Positions 53,639 to 64,000 of a stretch of 64,000 bases of DNA are shown in pieces. The position numbers and the translations under genes are program-made. The notes under the pieces are model-generated. The model was not told the DNA's origin. It did not search any database and saw only the letters and a list, made by a program, of their open reading frames with translations. The first letter of the stretch is position 1. Every line of letters starts with the position of its first letter. Source of the stretch: Octopus sinensis (lineage: Eukaryota); the NCBI RefSeq assembly GCF_006345805.1, contig NC_043005.1:48608001-48672000 (forward strand), in the 5' to 3' direction.

Positions 53639-54195
53639 GTATGATACAACTGATTATAAAACTAATAACAATAGACGTAGCAATGATATATGACACTTCG
53701 TATAGAGAGAGGAGAATAAACGTGAGATACACAGGGATTAGCATTAGCACAAGAGGTGCTGGACAAATGCTCATAGTAGGCATGTTGACAGGCAATGAGT
53801 GAACAAACGTTGTGGGAGAAAAAAAAGCATGAAGACAGGGCGGGAAGAGGACGAGCACGAGAGGTGGAGGAGGAAGGGGAGGGAAGGCGGGAGTAAATAA
53901 CGGAATAGTTATGAGAGGGGTTGCAAATAAAAAAAAATGTGTTTTACTTCATATATTTTGAGATAGAACATATTTTTCTTTCGAAATTCAGTATTCGCTT
54001 CATCATTTTTATATACTAAGCACCAGGAAAGTTCACAAAAGTTGAGTTATAATTATTGCATGTATGCGATATTATCAAGTATTACCCAGGCTTTCAAAGG
54101 TATACTTTCAAAGTTACTGCTCAAGTGGTGGATAACACTCGTGTATGTATTTGTGTGTTTGTGTGTGTGTTTGTGTTTGTGTGTGTGTGTGTGTG

Positions 54196-54240
<45 letters not shown>

Positions 54241-54477
54241 ACATGCCTTAAATTTATTACATATATCTATGCTTATATATTATATTACATATATGCATTA
54301 TTATACATATTATACATAGGTACAATAAACATATGTATATAAAGAACATTTCATATATATATATATGTGTGTATGAGTGCGTGCACGCGTGCATTTGTGT
54401 ATGTATGAATTTACGTATATATATATATATGTGTGCGTGTATGTGTGTCTAGCTATCTAACTATACGGAGATATTTA

Positions 54478-54546
<69 letters not shown>

Positions 54547-54606
54547 CATGTACGGCTATATATTATCAATATTTTTTAATATACCTAACCAGGTGTACCT
54601 AACCAG

Positions 54607-54812
54607 GGCGGCGAGCTGGCAGAAACGTTAGCTCGCCGGGCGAAATGCTTAGCGATATTTTAGGTTCTTAGTACAAATTCCGCCGAGGTCGACTTAGCTT
54701 TTTATCCCTTTCGGGGTCAATAAATTAAGTACCTGTTGCGTACTGGAGTCGATCTAATCGACTGGCCCCCTCCCCCAAAATTTCGGGCTTTGAGCATAGA
54801 GTAGAAAAGAAA
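54607..54812 (+). mobile_element. SINE family B copy (variant 3' end)
   Basis: GGCGGCGAGCTGGCAGAAACGTTAG head to GAGTAGAAAAGAA. Confidence 0.92.
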
Positions 54813-55179
54813 AGAATATCTCTACCCACCTATCTACTCTAAATGCTTACCTGCATACATGCATATCAACCTACCTACCTACCTAACAACTTACCCACCT
54901 ACCAATTATCTATCTCTTTATCTATCTATCTACATAGAAACACACACACAAGCATATATACAGAGAGAGAGAGAGAGGAAGGGAGAGAAAAATGCATAAA
55001 AATACATCACAAATATAAATCACATAAATATATATATCTACACATACGTCAATATATTCGTGTGTATATATATATTAATATATATTTTTTTATATATGCA
55101 TATATATATATATATATCTACATATATACAAATATATGTGTGCGTGTTTATGTACAAATATATTCACACATAGATATGT

Positions 55180-55240
<61 letters not shown>

Positions 55241-55363
55241 ATATGTACTGTCTGTATGTTTGTGTGTGCGTATATATATATATATGCTTAGCTAAATATT
55301 ATATATACAAATATATACATATATTTATATAAAATTATTAATTTGTGCATATCTATGCATATC

Positions 55364-55399
<36 letters not shown>

Positions 55400-55769
55400 A
55401 TATATATATATATATACGTACGTACATTTAAAATTATACCAAACTTCCTTAGATGCATAGTTGTATATACACTTATGTATATCTATACACAAAACAACAT
55501 CTATACACATATATACAAGCATTTATATACAAATATACAGATATTTTTACTGATACATATACATAAATGAACATATCTATGCACACACTAATTTGTAATT
55601 ATATAGCTATGCATACAGAAATAAACATGCGTTTGTGTGTATATATGTGTATGTATGTAAATATGTGTGTGTATGTATAAACGTAAATACAATGAATGTA
55701 TGCGTGGACGTACACACACACACACACACACACATTTATCCATCCATCCATCCATCCATCCATCGATCC

Positions 55770-55843
<74 letters not shown>

Positions 55844-55970
55844 TCTATTCTATTCTATTCTATTCCCTTCCATTCTATTCTATATGAATTCTTTATCTAA
55901 TGTGTCCTCTTTTGAAAAAAAAACCTTCGTCTGTTTTTTCGTGAGGGATAATACGTTTAGTCTTTCAAAG

Positions 55971-56350
55971 GTCACATGTTTCCATCGTTAAACTGCGGCA
56001 ATACTGGAGCAGTGCGTTGAAGAACTTTTAATCGAAAGAATCGATCCCACTTCTTATTTTTTTTAAGCATGGTACTTATTTTGTCGGTTGTTTTGCTGTA
56101 CCACTATATTACGCGGATGTAAACACACTAACACCGGTTGTTAAACGGTTGAAGGGAACAGACACAGGCACAAACAAGCCTCACCCCATATATATATATA
56201 CAAGTATTTACGTTCAAATATACATATATTTTTAATGATACATATATAAATCGCATAAATATATATATATATATATATATCTACATATATATATGTCCTT
56301 GTATTCGTATATGCACGTATATGTCAATATATTCGTATATGTACGCACAA

Positions 56351-56394
<44 letters not shown>

Positions 56395-56570
56395 TTATAT
56401 ATATAATTACGATTGGCTTCTTTCAGGTTCCGTCGACCAAATCTTTGTGATCGAATTTGGTCGGCCCGAAGCTGTAATGAAAGACATTTGTCCAATGTGC
56501 CACGCATTGGGATTGAACCTGAAACCATGTGTTGAGGAAAGAATCTTCTTATCATGCAGTCATGCCTGCG
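55971..56570 (-). mobile_element. SINE family A copy with expanded internal TA tract
   Basis: 3' half at 55971-56180 and 5' half at 56410-56570. Confidence 0.82.
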
Positions 56571-57136
56571 CGTTTATTCCAAGCACTTCATCCAACGTTT
56601 TGTAAGCAAGGAGTATCAATAACAATTTGATTTTAGACTAGAGGACTATTATTTTTCTTAAGTATATTTGCTTGACTTCTCTAAAGATGAGGAAACTAAT
56701 GAAATAAGGTAAAAATAAACAAATTATTCTAAAGTAAATGAATAATAAAAACAAGGAAAGAAACATCCGAAAGTCGTGCAAGTAGAGTTGAGATGAAATT
56801 CGAAAGAACAATGAAATGGTCCGTAATATGTTCTATTAGAAAATAATTAAATACCCAATACGTGGTTTTCGGTCATTATTTTAAAGATTTTCATCAACGT
56901 TGGACACAGAAGATGCAAAAATACTTCACAAATTTTAAGCGCCCTCCACAAACACACAAAGTCGTACGCAAACATACATACACACAGAAACAAATACACA
57001 CTCACACGCGCGCGTACCAGATATATAAAATGATGTGTGTGAGGGGGTGGTGGGGGGAAAGAAAATTGAACGAACACAAAACACTTTTTTTATACTTTCT
57101 CATACTAGCTTTCTTTTACTTATAAGTTTTAACATT

Positions 57137-57172
<36 letters not shown>

Positions 57173-57907
57173 GTGGGAGAGAGAGAGAGAGAGAGAGAAG
57201 GAGAGAGAGAGAACAGCAATAACAAGAACAACTATAACATAACTTAAAATTGCCTTTGAAAATTCGTTTTTCTTCTAATTATATTGCAAAGTGTTTAGCT
57301 TAATTTCCGCTCGAAATCAAATCTGCAACTTCCGCAATTGCTTTTATTTCGTTTCTATTGTATTAAGATACAATTCCTCTTAAAACAGACAAAACACTTC
57401 GGAAATATCTCTAACGGTAGTAGGAAAGAAAAATTAAGAATTTTTTCTTCATCATCTACTTACTAGTAATGGCGTCCATTGGTCATTTTGCCTTTGCTGC
57501 TTACATCATATAGTAGGGGACGTATAAAGAATCAAGGGAGATAACTTGATTCCGGTAATTATAGCAAACTCATTGAACGTTTTTAAAATTTTTTTTTATT
57601 TATTGTTTTGCTTTCTGATTTTCTCTAACAATTTCAGAAGAATTTCTTATTTGTACCACGAAGTTAATTCAAATGAATCTTTATTATTATTTTATTATTA
57701 CCTTTATTATTCTTTATTTAATCAGAATACACTGTAAAGTCTTCTTCTGGACTGTCCATAAAAAGAAAGGCAAAATTTCTTTACAAACATACATTACTAT
57801 AATAATGGAATAATGCTGGACGAAAACCATTAATGATGACGTAATGTTTAGAACCCAACATAATCTAAGAACCTAACAAGTGTTCAAGTATTTCTAGTTA
57901 CTTGTAG

Positions 57908-57995
57908 CTATTTCTCCACGTCAAGAGATCCTTCTAACAGCAGCATATCAAATTAGTCATCATGGCTACGAATTGAATAATGGATTGCGAGAAAC
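57908..57995 (+). CDS. Candidate exon (ISPRQEILLTAAYQISHHGYELNNGLRE)
   Basis: TTACTTGTAG acceptor, GTGAAA donor, phase 1 to 2; all three minus frames are closed. Confidence 0.22.
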
Positions 57996-58101
57996 GTGAA
58001 ATGAAAATTTAAAATAACTCAAACCAGAATCGAACTCCTATTCTATAAGTTGCAGACACAAACACGCGTACATACATGTGTATGATTATAGTTTTAAAAT
58101 A

Positions 58102-58318
58102 GGCGGCGAGCTGGCAGAAACGTTAGCACGCCGGGCGAAATGCGTAGCCGTATTTCGTCTGCCGTTACGTTCTGAGTTCAAATTCCGTCGAGGTCGACTT
58201 TACCTTTCACCCTTTCGGGGTCGATAAATTAAGTACCAGTTACGAACTGGGGTCGATGTAATGGACTTAATCCGTTTGTCCCCTCTATGTTTAGCCCCTT
58301 GTGGGTAGTAAAAAAAAA
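58102..58318 (+). mobile_element. SINE family B, full length, with perfect 15-bp TSD
   Basis: TATAGTTTTAAAATA at 58087-58101 and 58319-58333. Confidence 0.96.
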
Positions 58319-59289
58319 TATAGTTTTAAAATATATTAAATATGCTAAACGAGCAAAAATTATTAATGTGCTGTGTAAGCTCGTGTAAAGAAGAAAACCT
58401 AAAGAAGTACATCTCACATAGACGTATTTATAAAAGGTGACCTGATATGACGCCTATACGCTCAATACTCAAACATATTCATTTTATATTGTGTTTATTC
58501 ACATATAAGGATGAAGCATGGCTGTATGGTTAAGCAGCTCGGTTTTTAACCACGTGGTTTTGTGTTCAGTCCCACTGTAAAACATCTTGCACAAGTGTGT
58601 TCCACTATAGTCTCTGTATTTTTCCTGACTTCCATTTAGTTGTTTTATAAAGTAAGATAATTTTGTTGGCATCCATCTCCAATCCCATTATATGAATACC
58701 AGTGGCTTAAAAATCTAAAAAAGAACTCATTCGCTTTTGAGAGGGTTTTTAAAATTTCCTCTGCCCACAAGGCGTCCCCAATACCCTTTCACTAACCCAG
58801 GCATAAACAAATATTACTAAATTACGCGTAGTAGTACATGCTTGCAGTATTGCTTCACTATTTTTATTTCAGCATTCAGTCATCTATTCGAGTCTGTGTG
58901 TGTGTGTGTGTGTGTGTGTATCTAGAGTTTTCAAACAAGTCATTGACAAACTTCAAGTCGAAGGCAATCGAAAGTAATCGTTGCTCTGTTAGATTATAAA
59001 CAGTAAGAAGACGTAAGTATCAAATCCCTTTGATATTGGCTGAGCTAAAAATTGCTGTTTCCGATAATCATATCCCAGCTGACATCATTATCAAAGTGCG
59101 TTCATTGTAGCAGTGTCTTGTCATCAAAATCAAAGTTCTTTGATTCGCCTGTGTCACACGCCTGGCAGTAATAACATCTGCTAATTCCTTCTAGACAATC
59201 TTTAAAACTACACTTACACCTCCTTCAGTAAAAACAATTTTCTTTCTCTTTTTTGATACAATCTCAAAATACGGTGACACTATTACAAG

Positions 59290-59654
59290 CAGCAGGCATG
59301 GATGTTTGGTTCAGAAGTTCACTTCCCAGCTACGCTTATCCGAGTTCGATATCACTGGACGTCACTTTGGGTAAGTGTTTTCTAACCTATCGATGGGTTG
59401 GCCAGTGCCACCGAAGTCCATCGTGTATGTATACATATCGTATATTTTTTTTACTTGTTTCAGTGATTAGACTACATTGATTGAGCTGTTCGACTAAACT
59501 TTGAAGGGTTTAGTCGAACAAATCGACCCCAGGACTTTATATATTTCATTTTGAAAATGTTGCTCTTATTCTGTCGGTTCCTTTTTGCCGAACTTGACGT
59601 AAACAAACCCAAGCCGTTTCTGTCAAGTGGTGGTGGAACAAACTAAAACACGTA

Positions 59655-59698
<44 letters not shown>

Positions 59699-59785
59699 TA
59701 TACGTGACAGGCTTCTTGCAGTTTCCGTCAACCAAATCCACACACACGGATGTGGTCAGGCCTGGAGTCATAGTAGAAAACATTT
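59290..59785. mobile_element. Two old SINE family A pieces in opposite orientation (59290-59440 plus, 59447-59785 minus)
   Basis: Degenerate head on the plus strand; tail and core on the minus strand. Confidence 0.72.
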
Positions 59786-60190
59786 AAGATACCTACCCTA
59801 AGTGTGTGTGTGCGTGTGCGTGTGCATGTGCGTGTGCGTGTGCATGTACATACATACATACATACATACATGCATACATACATTATATATATATATATAT
59901 ATATATACATACATATATATATGTGTGTGTGTGTGTGTGTGTTTGTATGTATGCATACATTTATATATTCATTAATGTATGCATTTGTTTGTGCATTTTA
60001 TTTCATAAAATTACAAATGCCCTATACTCTGGATATGAAAAAAAAACGAAATGTTGTTAGATTAAAACAATTTTCCATGACGAATTGTGCTGGTAAGAAT
60101 TTTGAAGCTGATTTTTGGTTTAAACTTATCCAAAACTGAATTTTAGCTCTATGCTGTTCACACACACACACACACACACACACCACACAC

Positions 60191-60239
<49 letters not shown>

Positions 60240-60436
60240 ACACTCACACACACACTTACACATACATACACATATCTATACATGCGCCGACACAGGCACA
60301 CATCCACGCTTTCCCCCCATCTTTACACATTCACTCTTCCATGTAAATTCGAATGTATATATTCTGATGTCCTTTGTGTGACTAATGTTTAAAAAGCTTG
60401 CTGCTTCCATAAAGCTTTCATTGTGTTACATCACAG

Positions 60437-60525
60437 TAACGAAGATTGCTCTCATCACCTGAATGAGAAAGAGGTGAGTACTGGATCAATAGGGAAGCTG
60501 TATAGTGAAAGTGACAATGAAAATG
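60437..60525 (+). CDS. Candidate exon (NEDCSHHLNEKE[VSTGSIGKLYSESDNEN]) with two possible donors
   Basis: GACTAAT branch-like motif, ACATCACAG acceptor, GAG|GTGAGT at 60473 and ATG|GTAAGA at 60525 in one open frame. Confidence 0.33.
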
Positions 60526-61567
60526 GTAAGATGTATTTTCTATAGTGATTTCTTATAGGAACTAGCTTTAAAGAATAAGAGAGAGAGAAAGAGAGAGAGA
60601 GAGAGTGAAAGATATTTTAGTGTTGACGGTAAAATACTTGTTGACCACAAATGTGCTAGGTATATTTGACACATTGAGCTAAACAATCTTCATGGGTTTT
60701 GACAAGCAATCTTACAAAGAACCATATGATTTTCGATAGCGTTATGAAGACCGCTTTTCCTTATCTGTAAAGTGAATATAGTTTTTATTCAGACACAGTT
60801 TTTCCAGCTGTCGAAGTCTCTACATTGTTTCTTGCATAACGTTTGCTAGCCTCCACCATACAGACACAATAGTATGGTATTCACATTTTCTTTATTAATA
60901 ACATTTATACAATGCGGCCTTTGGACACAATTCTTTTAATGTTTGCATGAAAAGTTCTCGTACGTTGGTTGTTTCCGTAACTTCAGTCAAAGTATAATGC
61001 TTCAACATACGTAAGTTTTCTTCAACTAAAAGCTGAAGTTTTAAGAATTAATGTTACTTGATATGTGACAAGTCGTTCAAAAGTGCTGTATAAACGAGAA
61101 AAGTTAACTTGCTGGCAAGAAGTAAATATTTGTACCGCTGGAGAAGTGGAATCTAATTTACTTAGTTACTTGGTTGAATATATTTAGATATAATTAGAAT
61201 AATTTTTGTAAAATATTACTCGAAAATTGCTTAGAAGAGATGAAAGCCTTCTGATAAGACAATCTGAGAAAAATACGGTAAATCAAAGTTGCACATGCAA
61301 TTACTTATATTTCTCTTTGAAGTCTCAAATTTCATTTGGAGAGAAAACTCATAGACAGCGAGAAAATATTCCCTGCTAATCTGAATGTAGAGCTAGCTTC
61401 CCCTAATAAATCATTAGGGAACATTAGTGCATTATTACTGTTGTTATATATAGAACAGTCTGGAATCAAATGGATAGTGTGTAGCAGTAGATAGGTTTAA
61501 TTATAGATATCATTTCGTTAAACTGACTGCAAAATAATTGGTAAGTAAGCTGATCTTTTTGTCCCAG

Positions 61568-61683
61568 TGATCTTTGCTCAAGATATTTAGAGTGTTTGAT
61601 AAAGTTACCATTTCGGAAGACAAAGACAATTTATTATTGGATAACATCGTTAGAAAACGGAGACACGGTCTACTTGAGCTCTT
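61568..61683 (+). CDS. Candidate exon (DLCSRYLECLIKLPFRKTKTIYYWITSLENGDTVYLSS)
   Basis: CTTTTTGTCCCAG acceptor, TT|GTGAGT donor. Confidence 0.25.
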
Positions 61684-61745
61684 GTGAGTCTATACGAAAG
61701 GTTGAGCATGAGCCATCTGTTGATAAACACATGTTACTGTTAGAG

Positions 61746-62072
61746 TGAAGGTTCGTGGCTTAGTGGTTAGGGATATTCGAATCAGAGTCGTTAGGTGGTG
61801 AGTTCGATTCCTGGCGGCGCGTTGTGTCCTTGAGCAAGACACTTTATTTTACAATGCTCCAGTCCACTCAACTGGAAAAAAAAATGAGTAGTATCTGTAT
61901 TTCAAAGGGCCAGCCTTGACGCATTCTGTGTCTCACTGAATCTCCTTGAGAACTGTGTTAAGGGTACGCGTGTTTGCAGGGTGCTCAGCCACTTGCACGC
62001 TGCTTTCTCAAGCAGGTTGTTCCATTGACTGGATCGACTGGAACAATCATCGTCGTAACCGACGGGGTACCA
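61746..62072 (+). mobile_element. SINE family C copy
   Basis: A box TGGCTTAGTGG, B box GTTCGATTCC, tail TCGTCGTAACCGACGG. Confidence 0.88.
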
Positions 62073-63397
62073 GTTATTACTATAAGAAAATTATATTAGA
62101 AATTCTGTATTACTACTATGGATCAAGGAAGTAATCATTACTTAGCGTTATAGGTTATAAAGAGGAAGATTGATATAGATAGAAGTAGAAAAACAGAAAG
62201 AGAGAAAAAGAAATTTAGAAAATAACGCTTGTATGATTTATATATATTAACGAGATACTTCAAAATGTACTACAATAACATCAGTGGTTGACGGGTTAAA
62301 GATAAATGCAATGACCTATAACTAAAGGGATACTAAAATGGTACAATAATGCTCCAGGAATGATTAATATATTTGGTATAGAAATATACTCATTGAACTG
62401 AAATTAACTTGTATGAAATAATGATTTTAATTCAAAAATTTTCAATATATATATTTTTTTTTAAATCAACATCTTGATTATTTCAGCTAAGCTATAATTG
62501 CCTTCAGCTCAATGTAATTTTCTGTTAGATTAATGTTAAAGAGAGGTTAAGTTTTTGAGAATTGTAGAATACGAGTTGATAGTATTACTATGCTTCAATA
62601 GAGTAGCAGAGTATTATTTGAAAAGAATAGCAGAACGGATTTTCGAGTGAACAGAAGAATAATGTTTCGAGGGAATACTAGAACGAGGTTTTGAGAGAGG
62701 TCAAGATTTATGCAGAGTGTAATTGTATTTTGGGTGAATAGTGTAATAATGTTTGGGAGAAATAAATAAATAAAAAAAAGGAAAACGAAAGATAGTGTTA
62801 GAGAAGAATGGTATGAGATAGGCCTTGTAGTTTAGCAACTTGAATAATTTGTATTACAAGGGATGAGGAGAATGTGAATATATTGATAACTATAAACATT
62901 TTTCTCACGTTGGAAGTAGTTTTGTGGTTGGAGTAGGTATTGTTTGTGTGATAAACGACTGTTAGATTTTCTCAATAGTAAAAATATGTTTAGTAGACCT
63001 TATTGGAAACATCAGGGGAGTACGAAAGAGGTTATTATTGCCTCAAGATTACAGAAGTATATATTATCTATTCGTTTATCCATACAGAATGAAGGTGGCG
63101 CGGGAAAAAGAAATCAGTTTTTTTTTTTAAGGAATATCGTTATGAAGAGTGTACCTAAAAGGTATTCCTTGACTCATTTCAGAGCAAAAGATGCAACTTC
63201 AAGAGCAGCAGCAGCAGCAGCAGCAGCAACGGCAATAACATAATTGATAGCACTATGATGGTGATGACATCAATGGTAACATTTGCGGTGATAGTGGTGG
63301 TAGAAATTAATAGTAATTGTGGTGGTGGTGGTGATAATCTCCCTACTTGTGGGAAACACTTGGTGCAAAAAATAGTAACATAATACAGAAGAAATAG

Positions 63398-63687
63398 TTA
63401 GAAATAGACATTTCTAGTGATATGAGTTACAGAATTTGGAGCAAATAGACGAAAATCAACTTGGAAGGAGATCCTAGAAACAGCAGTCAAATATCTTTCA
63501 AAAGTGTTGTAAATTGCTTTACCGACCTGTGCTTCATTGCATATCAAATCGTTTTTGAAAAATTCTCGTAGCAGTTCGGGTTTTGCATAAGAGAAGGTTG
63601 CTAGTCTTTCGTTCAACCCGTCTCCATTTCTGAAGAAAGCAACGCTTTGCATGATACCCTCCAAGCATCCACACAAAACAACCGTAG
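63398..63687 (-). CDS. Candidate exon of a minus-strand gene entering from the right (TVVLCGCLEGIMQSVAFFRNGDGLNERLATFSYAKPELLREFFKNDLICNEAQ...RNVYF*)
   Basis: Strong pyrimidine tract TTCTTTCTCTTTATTTATTTCTCTTGAATCAG, about 96 open codons with protein-like composition; either terminal or spliced at CAG|GTCGGT (63527). Confidence 0.45.
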
Positions 63688-63729
63688 CTGATTCAAGAGA
63701 AATAAATAAAGAGAAAGAATAGATCTCAG

Positions 63730-64000
63730 TATGGAACTAGTACTTTAATTATCGACTCCTTAAGGATGAAATGTAAAGACGTCATCAGCGGGATTTGAAC
63801 TCAAAGAGACAGATTAAGCACCTCAATGAACTCTACCCATAGTTCTACCGACTCTATCATTTTCCAAGCTCATCTTTGATATAAATTACTTTTGTGGTGA
63901 GGTGATAGCCGATTAAATAAACCCGAAGATTTGAAGGTACTTTATTTGATTGACCCCTGTAGGATGAGACGTAAAGTTCACCTAAGAAGGGTTTGAACTC
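63730..64000 (-). mobile_element. Two degenerate SINE family B fragments
   Basis: GGATGAAATGTAAAG..GGATTTGAACTCA and GGATGAGACGTAAAG..GGTTTGAACTC. Confidence 0.65.

Noticed and set aside
60716-60764. 49-nt minus exon IRKSGLHNAIENHMVL suggesting an RCK/Slo-type channel
   Set aside because: The resemblance rests on a few residues; no other channel motifs were found.
62944-63243. 99-aa plus ORF ending in poly-Ala
   Set aside because: Extended by a (GCA)n repeat, crosses a poly-T tract, and has no convincing start or splice context.
63430-63512. Plus-strand KSTWKEILETAVKYLSKVL resembling bHLH helix 2
   Set aside because: Bounded by stops, no basic region or helix 1, and antisense to a better exon candidate.

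Overview
Eukaryotic, AT-rich, microsatellite-saturated genomic DNA. The repeat families and the (TA)n/(TACA)n/(GATA)n/(CA)n landscape look like an Octopus (coleoid cephalopod) assembly; this is inferred from pattern recognition, not from a search. A 100-N scaffold gap lies at 39415-39514. Most of the window is mobile DNA: about 20 copies or fragments of one tRNA-headed SINE (family A), about 18 of a second (family B, Meta/CORE-like centre), copies of a third (family C), one V-SINE-like insertion with a perfect 14-bp TSD, a deleted Tx1-clade LINE, two CR1/L2-type LINE 3' ends, an R4/Dong 3' end inside a (TAA)n tract, a Penelope-like GIY-YIG remnant, a fold-back mariner derivative and a piggyBac-like MITE. 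Nearly all ORFs in the supplied track are microsatellite artefacts. No host gene could be named. There is a low-confidence, phase-compatible chain of plus-strand exons (25804 to about 61700) and one candidate minus-strand exon at 63398-63687. The most interesting signals are two minimal hammerhead-ribozyme motifs that both carry a CCGAUGA core variant, a 3' stem-loop shared by a LINE, SINE A and tail-only insertions with compensatory base changes, the fold-back mariner, and SINE-B multimers with a recurrent junction. All coordinates were counted by hand and repeat boundaries are approximate.
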